Shown piece after piece: positions 27,603-37,500 of a stretch of 64,000 bases of DNA. Below the pieces are notes generated by a model. The model ran no database searches, had not been told where the DNA came from, and saw only the letters and a program-made list of their open reading frames with translations. The stretch comes from an uncultured virus (IMG/VR IMGVR_UViG_3300005747_000147). Lineage: Duplodnaviria; Heunggongvirae; Uroviricota; Caudoviricetes. Positions within the stretch are counted from its first letter, which is position 1. The number at the start of each line of letters is the position of its first letter. A program made the position numbers and the translations under genes. The stretch is taken from IMG/VR virus record IMGVR_UViG_3300005747_000147. One strand, 5' to 3'.

Positions 27603-28298
27603 ATGTTAATTATAGATAGTAGAGAAAAAGAAGGCTCGAAACTAGTAAAATTAGTTGAGAGTAAGGCGAAAGCACTTAATATCCAAACGGAAAAAAAGTG
27701 GCTTGAGATAGGAGATTATGTTTTTGATGATGTTTGTTTTGAAGCGAAATCAACTACTGATTTTTTAGGTTCGGTAATAAATAAAAGACTTTGGACACAA
27801 ATAGATAATATGGATAGGCACTACAAAACAAATGTAGTTATCATCTATGGCACAATCGAGGAAGCCATATTTAATGTGAAGAAATACTCAAAGGCAAACA
27901 TACAAGAACCTGCTAGAAGTATTATGTTAAATAATAAATTTCTAGGTGCAATAGGTAGAATTACATTAGACACTGATATAAAGGCTTTTTGGACTCCAAC
28001 CGAAGAAGAGGCCTCCTTGATAATTACAGCAATTTGTAAAATGAAACCAATAAAAAGAGATGTTATACGCCCAGAAGTATTCAAGCGTGTAACTACTGAT
28101 GATTTAAGACTTGATGTTCTCACAAGTATTAAAGGAGTATCTATCAAAAAAGCCAAACTTCTTATTAAAGAGTTTGGTTCAGTGATGGAAATAGGAGAAC
28201 AAACAGAAGAGGAATTACAGTACCTTGAAGGCATTGGCTTAGTATTAGCCTCTCGCATTCTAAATACTTTAAATTCAGAAAAGAAGGTGAAAATATGA
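27603..28298 (+). CDS. XPF/ERCC4 structure-specific endonuclease with HhH motifs
   Basis: IIDSRE, LEIGDY, FEAKSTTDF, RLWTQ, IKGVSIKKA, LEGIG. Confidence 0.9.
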   Translation: MLIIDSREKEGSKLVKLVESKAKALNIQTEKKWLEIGDYVFDDVCFEAKSTTDFLGSVINKRLWTQIDNMDRHYKTNVVIIYGTIEEAIFNVKKYSKANIQEPARSIMLNNKFLGAIGRITLDTDIKAFWTPTEEEASLIITAICKMKPIKRDVIRPEVFKRVTTDDLRLDVLTSIKGVSIKKAKLLIKEFGSVMEIGEQTEEELQYLEGIGLVLASRILNTLNSEKKVKI

Positions 28299-29884
28299 AT
28301 GATGAATATGATGAAGAATATGAAAATGAAATCTTTGAAGACTATAAACAAGTGAGTGCTGTTTTTAAACAAAGCCTTCCGGCTATTGTTCAACAGTTTC
28401 AAATGTCAGCGTCAAATATATCGCACTATAATGAAACACCTGCGGTTATGAGTTTCTTTACAATACTTGGGCAGATATGTAAAGATTTTATCGCAATTCC
28501 GTTTGAAGAGGAATATGAAGATACTAGAATACACATGTTACAAATACAAACATCTGGAACAGGTAAAACTGTATTGTCTAATTTTGTTCAACCTATTGCG
28601 AGAAGTGTTTTTGAGAAGATAAATGCGAAGCAAAAACACCCTTTCAACTTGAATGTTGAAGTGCCATTGAAAGACGCAAACGGCAATATTGAAAAATACC
28701 CAAACGACCATGATAAAAAAGGACAACCTATTATGCACTATGCAAGAAAGCACTTTGATGTATTTTCTGTTCAAGTAGCAACATCAGCCGCACTTGTTGG
28801 GCATTATGCACTACAAGACGAAATGGAAACAGACGATAATGGAAACTCTCGATTAACTGGAAAGAAGATTCAAGTTAAAATGAATGGTGCTTTAGAAGGA
28901 AGTGGTTTAGCACATTGGGATGAGTTTGAAAGGTCAGGTATTTTTAGTCCTAATTCTCATCAAGTGGATATGGTTGTATTCTTGAATACAATGCTAAACA
29001 CATTACATGGCGATTCTTGGGTAATGAAAAAGCAATTGAAAGAAGGAGATATTGTTGAGACATTTGGAGAGCGTTCTGTATTGGCTATGACTTACCCACC
29101 TACTGAATTAAGTAGAATTATGACAGAAACCGGACTACTACAAAGAATGCTTTGTTATATTCGAGAAGTTCCCGAAGCAATTCAACATAACATACGAAAG
29201 AAAAAGATTGCTAAGTTTGGTAAGTTTAAAGACAGGCAAGGCCCAATGGACAAGTTTTCAGATGAGTTTATGAAAATGTATGATTTGGTATTAGAACGAT
29301 ACGAAGAACAGTTGAAAGAAGGCAAATCAGAAATAGAAACTAAATGTAATATGATGACTTATACTGATTCAGCAAACGATGTATTAGATTTAGAATATGA
29401 GAACATGGTTGGTTATATTAACGACTGTGGGTTATTCGTAAGAGAGGTAGCAAACTTGTTTATTAACCGATTGTATATCACTACTTCTAAACTAGCAGTA
29501 TTGTGTTCAATTGCTCAAGCACCTTATATTAAGGATAAATCAAAGATGTTTCATGTTACGGGGCAAAATGTTAGACAGGCAGGGGCCATCACCCGACAAT
29601 GTTATATGTCATTGGTAGAATGGCTTGAACGAAGCCTAAAGGAGAAGCGGGTAGCCTCTCCGGTCTTCAATTCAAAACCATTCAAAGAAAAATACGAAGA
29701 GTTGGCTAAAAAGACAGAAGACGGGTGGGTTAATCGAAAGTTGTATATCTCTCAAATGTGCAAGGTTGTTAAGAAATCTAATGCTCAGGTAAATAGAGAT
29801 TTTAAAGATAAAGTCCAAATGAATTTTGAACTCAAAAAACAAGGTAGGCAAAACTACATTAAACTAAAGGAAGTGAAAATATGA
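28295..29884 (+). CDS. MCM-like AAA+ helicase
   Basis: Walker A QTSGTGKT, TSAALVG, Walker B LAHWDEF, GLLQR arginine finger, C-terminal winged helix; no canonical MCM N-terminal domain evident. Confidence 0.65.
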   Translation: MNDEYDEEYENEIFEDYKQVSAVFKQSLPAIVQQFQMSASNISHYNETPAVMSFFTILGQICKDFIAIPFEEEYEDTRIHMLQIQTSGTGKTVLSNFVQPIARSVFEKINAKQKHPFNLNVEVPLKDANGNIEKYPNDHDKKGQPIMHYARKHFDVFSVQVATSAALVGHYALQDEMETDDNGNSRLTGKKIQVKMNGALEGSGLAHWDEFERSGIFSPNSHQVDMVVFLNTMLNTLHGDSWVMKKQLKEGDIVETFGERSVLAMTYPPTELSRIMTETGLLQRMLCYIREVPEAIQHNIRKKKIAKFGKFKDRQGPMDKFSDEFMKMYDLVLERYEEQLKEGKSEIETKCNMMTYTDSANDVLDLEYENMVGYINDCGLFVREVANLFINRLYITTSKLAVLCSIAQAPYIKDKSKMFHVTGQNVRQAGAITRQCYMSLVEWLERSLKEKRVASPVFNSKPFKEKYEELAKKTEDGWVNRKLYISQMCKVVKKSNAQVNRDFKDKVQMNFELKKQGRQNYIKLKEVKI

Positions 29885-30102
29885 AATACGAAAATACATA
29901 TGTCGTCTTTGACATAACAAAAGGGCCTAAAGTAATAATTGAAACCTTAGATACTTATGGTGATGAAGGGTGGGCTTGTGTTGCCATGCTATCAGTAGCA
30001 AATACAAACATTGTCGCCTTTTTAAGCCGAAGAATTGGCGGAGAAGAACCCGTTGATGAAGAAAGTGCAAAGATTTCTAAACTTTGGTCTAATGGTTCGT
30101 GA
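29881..30102 (+). CDS. DUF4177-like small protein
   Basis: MKYE...LDTYGDEGWACVAM pattern. Confidence 0.55.
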   Translation: MKYENTYVVFDITKGPKVIIETLDTYGDEGWACVAMLSVANTNIVAFLSRRIGGEEPVDEESAKISKLWSNGS

Positions 30103-30106
30103 TGCT

Positions 30107-30700
30107 ATGTCTGTATTAGCATTAGATATTGAGACTAAAAACATGTCTCACGAAATAGGCGGCTTTGGCAATACCCATATGTTTCAAGTATCAACCGTCG
30201 CAACTTGGGATGGTAATACAGGAACAGTTTATGTTGATGAACCAGTTGATACTTTTGCTAAAAGCGGTCATATTGTTAAATCATTACAAGAACTAAAATA
30301 TGATTTAGACGACCACTTTCAAAAGGGCGGTAAATTACTTGGGCATAACATTGTAGCGTTTGATTTGCCTATACTTAGAGACTCTATGGACATTTACTGT
30401 ATTCACAAGTATTTGAACAACGACCAATACATTGATACAAGTAAGGATTTGCTTAAGGGTCATGGTGAAAGGTTTCAACTTAAAAACTTAGTTAAATGTA
30501 CTATGGATGACTCGAAGTTAATGGATAGCGCAGATGCACCTAAGTTATGGAAAATGGGTAAGTATGACGAAGTAGTAGAATATTGTATGAAAGACACACA
30601 GTTAGTATATAACTTGTGGGGATATGGAAAAGAGAATGGTATTGTAAAAGCATTCTCTATTGAAAAAGAAGAATTTATGGATTTAGGAGTTGATTGGTAA
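30107..30700 (+). CDS. DnaQ/RNase H-like 3'-5' exonuclease
   Basis: ALDIET, GHNIVAFDLP, YIDT, YCMKD. Confidence 0.85.
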   Translation: MSVLALDIETKNMSHEIGGFGNTHMFQVSTVATWDGNTGTVYVDEPVDTFAKSGHIVKSLQELKYDLDDHFQKGGKLLGHNIVAFDLPILRDSMDIYCIHKYLNNDQYIDTSKDLLKGHGERFQLKNLVKCTMDDSKLMDSADAPKLWKMGKYDEVVEYCMKDTQLVYNLWGYGKENGIVKAFSIEKEEFMDLGVDW

Positions 30701-30855
30701 TGTCCACAGCAGAATGGTTTGGCCTATTTATTTTCTTGATAGTAGTTTCACTATTATTCTTCGCAGCATTTGGTGGTTCTAATATCACTGAACATAGCGT
30801 AGATGAATATATTAAGCGACTGCTTGGAGATAATAACGAAGGCGAGAAAAAATGA
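30700..30855 (+). CDS. small single-TM membrane protein (51 aa)
   Basis: MSTAEWFGLFIFLIVVSLLFFAAFGG...; TAATG coupling with the previous gene. Confidence 0.6.
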   Translation: MSTAEWFGLFIFLIVVSLLFFAAFGGSNITEHSVDEYIKRLLGDNNEGEKK

Positions 30856-30995
30856 GTTTAAAACAAACTTGTAAGTATTGCGGAGAGAAAACTCTTGCGA
30901 AGCGTATATTGGGTTTCTATGTTGGGTCTAGCGACCAAAAGAAACTTTGGGAATGTAGAGAGTGTTTTGGTATTTGGAGTGTAACTACAAAGTAA
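30852..30995 (+). CDS. small Zn-ribbon protein (47 aa)
   Basis: CKYC...WECRECFGIW. Confidence 0.6.
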   Translation: MSLKQTCKYCGEKTLAKRILGFYVGSSDQKKLWECRECFGIWSVTTK

Positions 30996-31003
30996 AAAAT
31001 ATT

Positions 31004-31043
31004 AGGATAGGTTGGCCTTCGGGTCAGCCTGTCCTTTTTTTTT
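31004..31043 (+). terminator. intrinsic terminator of the + strand arm
   Basis: AGGATAGGTTGGCC-TTCG-GGTCAGCCTGTCCT then a T-run; 14-bp stem with G-U pairs and a cUUCGg tetraloop. Confidence 0.8.
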
Positions 31044-31092
31044 ATGGATTTTTTTTTCAAAAACTAAGTTAATAGTTTCTTCATTTTTAATT

Positions 31093-31167
31093 GAGCGTGT
31101 GGTGTAATGGATAGCATTTTGGCCTTCTAAGCCGAAGATACGGGTTCGATTCCTGTCACGCTCGCCA
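31093..31167 (+). tRNA. tRNA-Arg(TCT)
   Basis: Acceptor stem GAGCGTG/CACGCTC, D-loop AATGGATA, anticodon arm TTGGC-CTTCTAA-GCCGA, T-loop TTCGATT, encoded CCA, no intron. Confidence 0.93.
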
Positions 31168-31168
31168 A

Positions 31169-31255
31169 TTAATTGAATAGGTCTTCGGATAAAAACCAAA
31201 CCATCATAAATCCTACCATAAAACTAATAGCAAAAGCAAAAAATAAAGGAATCAT
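31169..31255 (-). CDS. 28-aa hydrophobic peptide
   Basis: MIPLFFAFAISFMVGFMMVWFLSEDLFN*; GAGGTG SD and TAATG coupling. Confidence 0.5.
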   Translation of the reverse strand: MIPLFFAFAISFMVGFMMVWFLSEDLFN

Positions 31256-31362
31256 TAACCACACACCTCACACATTAAATAATGAATACTTGTCATAGCA
31301 ACAGGAAAAGTAACTATTATTATTACTAATAGTGCCTTCGATAACATTTCATTAATATTCAT
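31255..31362 (-). CDS. 35-aa hydrophobic peptide
   Basis: MNINEMLSKALLVIIIVTFPVAMTSIHYLMCEVCG*. Confidence 0.45.
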   Translation of the reverse strand: MNINEMLSKALLVIIIVTFPVAMTSIHYLMCEVCG

Positions 31363-31371
31363 AGTATCACA

Positions 31372-32274
31372 TCAAAAAGTATATCTACAAACTATTGGGC
31401 CTGTACCGCTAAGAGCATCAGCATGAACCGGTGCAACAAATAATTTTGTTCCATCGGAGTTCCAATCAAAACCTCCAATAAAAGTAGATGCCGTTGTAGA
31501 AAGTTGCCCTATATCATCATTAACGCTCATTGAACGAGCAAATGAAGCAGTTGATACATTAAAACCAGTGCTAAGGTCAAACTCGGCTATTTTAGGATGA
31601 TTTGCACTTGCCGAAGCAGGATTACCTGCCGAGTTTCTGTAAGAGATAAACATTTTAGTTCCGGCAGGATTGAATCGAATACCAGTATAGTTGGTTATAT
31701 TGTCGCCGTCATCATCTGTTGTTGAACTCAAATTATTAGTTGTTTTACTACCGGCACTTAAATCCCATGCGGTGTTTAGAGTAAGCGTAATTACTGAACT
31801 ACCATCTGCTACAAACAATTTAGTTCCTGTGTCGTTAAACGCTAAACCCTGCGCCCCCGAACTATACAAAGAAGAATTGACAGTTTGGGTTGAACCAGTA
31901 GTACCAATATCATATGCCGTTGAAAGAGCATAACGCACGATATTAGTAGAAGCATTTGTTCCACCAATATAGATATAATTTCCGCTATCACCAAACACTA
32001 ATGCTCTACTGCTATTGTTACCTATACTAAGTGTATCATCTGCTGATGAAAAACTAGGAACGGCACTATCATCAAAACTATATGACTTAATAGATGATGC
32101 TGAATAAACCGCTAAAAGTAGTTCATCCGGCCCATTTACTAATTCAGTAAGGATAGTACCAGTTACCGAACCAGTGCTTGAAAGTGCAATACCATCTAAA
32201 GTATAAGCGGGTGCTGTTGTAGCATTAGCCTTTTGTTCAGCACAAGAACCTGCAATAGCATTATACAAACTCAT
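31372..32274 (-). CDS. beta-propeller tail/receptor-binding protein
   Basis: Repeats FxDxGTKLFV and LSTAYDI/LNTAWDL/LSTGFNV. Confidence 0.7.
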   Translation of the reverse strand: MSLYNAIAGSCAEQKANATTAPAYTLDGIALSSTGSVTGTILTELVNGPDELLLAVYSASSIKSYSFDDSAVPSFSSADDTLSIGNNSSRALVFGDSGNYIYIGGTNASTNIVRYALSTAYDIGTTGSTQTVNSSLYSSGAQGLAFNDTGTKLFVADGSSVITLTLNTAWDLSAGSKTTNNLSSTTDDDGDNITNYTGIRFNPAGTKMFISYRNSAGNPASASANHPKIAEFDLSTGFNVSTASFARSMSVNDDIGQLSTTASTFIGGFDWNSDGTKLFVAPVHADALSGTGPIVCRYTF

Positions 32275-34196
32275 ACCCCCAAAACAACATAATCAGTTCC
32301 AGTTGAAATACAAGTAACACCATTACGAGCCGCTACTGCAATATCACTTGTTGCGCCATTCATGTTATCAGTACTAGTTCGTAAAGTAAATCCATTACCA
32401 TCATTATTAATAATAGTGAAATGAACACCTGCACCTTGATTATCCGGTAGAGTAATAACAATGCTACTTCCTGTAACAAAAATGTATTTACCTGCGTGAG
32501 TGGCTTCGGATAAAGTAGTCGAAGCGGTTAAAGCAACAACAGGTAGTCTTCTTGCGAGAAGGGTTTTAGTTGTTGCTACTACTAAATTATCATCTAAAGT
32601 AGTAACTCCTGTTACATCTAATGTTCCTGCAATATCTATATTGTTTGCCAGTTTAGCACCTGTAACTGCATCATCCGCAATTTTTGCTGTGGCTATTCCA
32701 CCGTCTTTAACCCGTATGGTATCGCTATTTGTTTCAATAGTAGAATCATCTACATTAACTGCTATTACTGCACTTGAAGCAGTAAGGCCATCACCTGCGA
32801 ATAAAGTCGCAATATCATCAATTGACTCTTTATGTATGCCATTATCTCCGCTGTCATTAAATGCTATTGTATCTCCACTTGCTATTGCTTCTGCCGCTAA
32901 ATTGTTTATATCTAAACTTAGGCTTGGTGTTCCAGTTGTAGCACCACCCGCCAAACCACTATTAGAAGCAGTTGTAATTCCTTCAATATCACCACCACCA
33001 CCACCACTTGCGGCAATAGTAACAGCACCCGCATTTTCAGTTATTGTAACATTAGAACCGGCAGTAAAAGCCAATGTTTCAGTAGCACCTAAAGTATTTC
33101 CACCCGCAGTAATAGTTCTAAATGTATTATCATTTGCTGTCATATCATCTACAACAAAATTAATTCTACCATTAGTGTCGTCATAAGTAACCCCTATTCT
33201 TGTTTCAGTTCCAACCAACATTCCACCTACAATGTCTTGTACTGCTTCGGTAGTTATTTGAGTATCAGTAGTATATCCTTTTCCTATAATATGGTCGTCA
33301 ATTGCAGCAGAAGTCATAACAGAAGTATCATTGTCTGCAAATGAACCAGTGCTTTTTTGTACGCTACCCCCGGCAAATTCAGCGATTGTAATATCTAAGA
33401 CATTTAATGTAACATCACCAGTTGTTCCTCCACCACTTAATCCTGTTCCAGCAACTACTGATGTAATATCTCCCTGTGGGGCTAATGCGGCAATAGAAGA
33501 AGCAGTAACAGTTTTAATAACATCGGATGAGCCAGTATCTTGAATTAAAACTTTATCTGCACCTGCAACAGTAGCCGTACCTATGCCGGAAATGAATAAA
33601 CCATCGCTAGTTCCAGTAATTGCACCTGCTTCAGTATAGGCATTTGAGTTTTCATAAGCAATACTCACACTGTTTTCTGTTTTACTTGTTGTAAAATATT
33701 GAACCATTCTAGTAGATGTTGAAGTAGCATCATCAGCAGAACCCCCTACTATTTTAATTATAGCAATAGGAACATCTCCATCAACAAATGCAGGAATAGC
33801 GTTAGTGGTATTATTTGCGCCTCTTAATACCATAGTATCGTTACTTCCTCCACCGTCAATTGCTACAAGCATTAAATATACATCAGTAGTAACGGGGGTT
33901 ATATCTACTGCCCCAGTTCCAGAATTATATGAAGTATTCATTTCAGTTGCAGATAACGCATTGACAGTGTGTAATTTATTATCTCTATATACTTTACCTG
34001 CGGTAACAGCAATAGTTGTAAAATTATTAGCAGTAGAAAAAGTAATATTAAAATCTGTTGCAGTTTTAACAGCGTAATTTCCTCTATTGGCTTGGCTAAG
34101 TATTTTTATTAATCCTGAATGGGGATAATCTGTTGAGTCGGTAATTTGAGTTGAAGGCGTTCCAGAAAGGGTACTATAAAAGTGTGGATTATTCAT
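32271..34196 (-). CDS. tail fibre protein
   Basis: Gly/Thr/Ala-rich; GDITSVVAGTGLSGGGTTGDVTL-type repeats; IATAKIADDAVTGAKLA. Confidence 0.8.
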   Translation of the reverse strand: MNNPHFYSTLSGTPSTQITDSTDYPHSGLIKILSQANRGNYAVKTATDFNITFSTANNFTTIAVTAGKVYRDNKLHTVNALSATEMNTSYNSGTGAVDITPVTTDVYLMLVAIDGGGSNDTMVLRGANNTTNAIPAFVDGDVPIAIIKIVGGSADDATSTSTRMVQYFTTSKTENSVSIAYENSNAYTEAGAITGTSDGLFISGIGTATVAGADKVLIQDTGSSDVIKTVTASSIAALAPQGDITSVVAGTGLSGGGTTGDVTLNVLDITIAEFAGGSVQKSTGSFADNDTSVMTSAAIDDHIIGKGYTTDTQITTEAVQDIVGGMLVGTETRIGVTYDDTNGRINFVVDDMTANDNTFRTITAGGNTLGATETLAFTAGSNVTITENAGAVTIAASGGGGGDIEGITTASNSGLAGGATTGTPSLSLDINNLAAEAIASGDTIAFNDSGDNGIHKESIDDIATLFAGDGLTASSAVIAVNVDDSTIETNSDTIRVKDGGIATAKIADDAVTGAKLANNIDIAGTLDVTGVTTLDDNLVVATTKTLLARRLPVVALTASTTLSEATHAGKYIFVTGSSIVITLPDNQGAGVHFTIINNDGNGFTLRTSTDNMNGATSDIAVAARNGVTCISTGTDYVVLGV

Positions 34197-34197
34197 A

Positions 34198-34545
34198 TTA
34201 TTCTACCTCCATAATAAAAAAGAGTTCTAAATTTTCTGTTGTTGAAAAAGGCCCTAGTCCATCAAAATTATGTCGGACTAATAAATTACCTGCTGAATCA
34301 AATATCCCTGCTTCTCTAATAACTGAATTTGACATCCCTGAAGCATTTCCAGAAATACTTAAGTGGACTTCTATTACATTTTCATCTGATACAGTAGCCG
34401 AAAAAGAAACACTTGTTCCTAAATCTACATCTAATCCTGTTTGGGTAGAATATGTTGAGTTACCACCCAAGCCTATTTTACCATTATTGGCTAAACTACT
34501 TTGTATATGAGTTGCGATTAATTGTTTCATTTTGTCAGTTATCAA
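34198..34545 (-). CDS. tail tip/baseplate-associated protein
   Basis: IREAGIFD...GNLL motif of phage tail-collar proteins. Confidence 0.6.
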   Translation of the reverse strand: MITDKMKQLIATHIQSSLANNGKIGLGGNSTYSTQTGLDVDLGTSVSFSATVSDENVIEVHLSISGNASGMSNSVIREAGIFDSAGNLLVRHNFDGLGPFSTTENLELFFIMEVE

Positions 34546-37500
34546 AATTCTTCCTCCAATAGAGTTGTTGTTGTGCCGCCCGCCCCTACAAACCCAAGTG
34601 TGTAAGTACTTGTATTTAAAGGCCCGCCAAATCCTAATTTAGTGCCATCTATTGATGACCGCTTTTGAGCCACAAACTTAATTAATTTAAGATTAATGTC
34701 ATCTAGGAAACTTAATTCTATGTTATCTGGAATTTCTTCGGAATTCTCTTCTTCTATCTGTTGTTGTTTAATTTGTATTTCAGCAAACCTATCTTCTAAT
34801 TGCTTACTATATCTGCCTAATTCTAAAGTTATCATTCCTCTCATACTGTGAGTTATTTGAAGTACTAAAAATTCAGAAAATTCAATATTTTCTTTGGGAA
34901 AATCTAATGTAACAATATCTCCTGCCCTTAGTTGTCCTAATCCTTTGTGTCCAACCTGTACACTGACTTTAAAGTTAAACTTGCCATGCAATTTTAATAA
35001 TTCACTTGCTCTAGAATTAACTTCTTCTTGAGTAACAAGTTGCCTATCTGTTTCTCTCAATGATTTTACTCCTACTTTCTTGACGCTTCTAAGGTCTTTT
35101 CTTGTTCCTTTGTGGCTTTTACCTACTACTGTAACTGTATTAGCAAAACTATACATAGTTTTTAATTTTTGAATTCTAAATATATCTATATTGGTGTTTC
35201 TTGTTCCTATAATAAGACTTGGGAAGTTTGAAACAGTATTCTTATCTACAATGGTTAAAGTACCATTGACCTCTAATAGTGATTTATTTTTCTTACTCAT
35301 AATAAACTTAATTGCTTGGAATAAATTAACACCCTTAAAGTTTGGTGCTAAGAAGAAAGGATAATCTGCATTCTTACTTAGAGAAAAATCAATATTATTT
35401 TCTTGTAGCATTTCTTCTATTAAATCATCTGCTTCTCTACAAATAGTAACTTCCGAACCTATTATTGCTCTTTTAGCAGAAGAACTTACATCCCCTTCTA
35501 CCTTTAGTTCAATTAGTTCAGAAAAAGAAGGTATGCCTAACATTGTTTCTTGTTCGGAAATAGACATATAATATCCAATGCTTGTACTGTCTTTGGTAAA
35601 AGTAACACCAGTAACATTAAAGTTTTCCCCATCAGCAATACATAAAGTTTCTTTAGATGATTTATCATCCTTTATATTCCAAATAGCATCTAATTTATCA
35701 GGTGTTCTTATTACCACATGGTCGGAAGAAGAAACATCATTAGGGTCAGCAATAACATACATAGATAATACTGCTTCTCCTTCACCCGCTAATGTTCTTT
35801 TACCCGAACCTCCATTAACAAAGTAACTGTTTGGACTATCATACATAGAATTAGAATAAGGTTTCTTAGTATATCGAGAAGACATTTCGTTAAGTTTAAT
35901 ATCGCTTGGGCTAAAATCATACAGGCAAGTATGGTTTGGTTGTAATATTCTATAAAAAGTATCTGCGGCTACTAATGTATCATCAAGCGTAAGTATGTGA
36001 GTTTTAGTATTATTAGAAATATCTAATTCATGGGAAATAACATATAATAGTTTGTCCGGTGTCATACCGTTCAAACTTTCCCCATCTGAATGTGTACCTA
36101 AAGAAATAGTGTCGGAATCATTTTGTAAGTATTTTCCGTTTTCTGGGGCTAAATAACACCCAGTCAAATCAACAAAATCTAAAAAGGGTTGGTTGTTTGT
36201 TTCTATTGATACTCTTACAATAGTAGTATTATTTGGCCCTTTATCAGTTCCCATCAAATCATTAGTATTGTGTATTTTAAGTAGTGGCTTAAATCCAAAA
36301 ATTACTCCATCAGCGTCAGTTGCTAAATTACTTCTAACCGTACCGGTATCTTTTAGACTAGCATATACACCATTTAATGCAATTCCATATAATGAAAATT
36401 CGTCTTCTACTGTTCTATGGCTAATTCCGTTTATTCTTGGGCAACACATTCCAGTATCAGCATTGGCTGTTGTTCCATCTTCTATATTAAATCTATCGAA
36501 AATAACAGGCATAAAATTAGTATAAGTTAATTCTCCGGTTGTATAGCCACTTGCCCCAAAATTATTTCCTTCGTTTAATCCTCTTAAGAAACCAGCCCTT
36601 AATCTTTCTAAAACTAAAGACGGTTGCCCACCACCTGCCCCTTTTGCTGCCTTTGAGTCAGAGTCAATATCAATAGGTAGCCATAGATTAGGTTGCCTCG
36701 AATTGTTGTTTATTGTTCCCGCTAATGTATTGTTACTATATTTGGTATAAAAATCACTACCTGATTTACCGTATGTATTAGTGGTAACATCTGTCATTAT
36801 TGCACTTTTTAATAGGTGAATATCTTCATCAAAATTAATAAATGTGTCTTGTTTTCCGTGTCCTTTTATTGGCCCAACTCCACCATCGGCATTAGTTAAT
36901 TGCTCAACAGGAATAAAATATAATTGCGTATCTGTTCCCGAAGAAGCAACATAATGTTGTGCTACATTACTAGTATCTCTATATGTTTTAAATATTGCAC
37001 TATCACAAGTAATGTCAGTGGTAGAGACACTAGAAACAATTCCCATAAACCTACCTGCTCCATCTACTATGACATCATTTGCCGAAAGATTATCGGGAGA
37101 AATACTACATCGTATAACATTAGAGGAAGGTATAGAACGAGCATAAACTGGATTTGTATTATTCGTAACGCTACTTTTTCCATGAACAGCATATTGAAAA
37201 CTAGGCACTACTCTTTTTCTACTTGGTGGGTTTTCAGGGTCAAATTGATTAAATGCAAAATCATAGACAACTTCAGTTAATCTCATTAAAGAAAAATTAG
37301 TAAAGGTAGTATTTTCCGAACCTACTGATTTACTAGATGATTTTATTTTAGCAAAAGTGTGAGAAGAATCATTAGAAGATATTCTTGTAGTTTCACCTAA
37401 AACATTAGTTTTAGTATCAAATGAATCCGTTATGATAGGTTCATCAATTAACATTATGCTATACTCACTTAAATCCCTAGTATTATTTGGATTAAATAGA

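Noticed and set aside
31093..31167. tRNA as a provirus attachment site
   Set aside because: No integrase, no duplicated tRNA 3' end, and viral genes on both sides.
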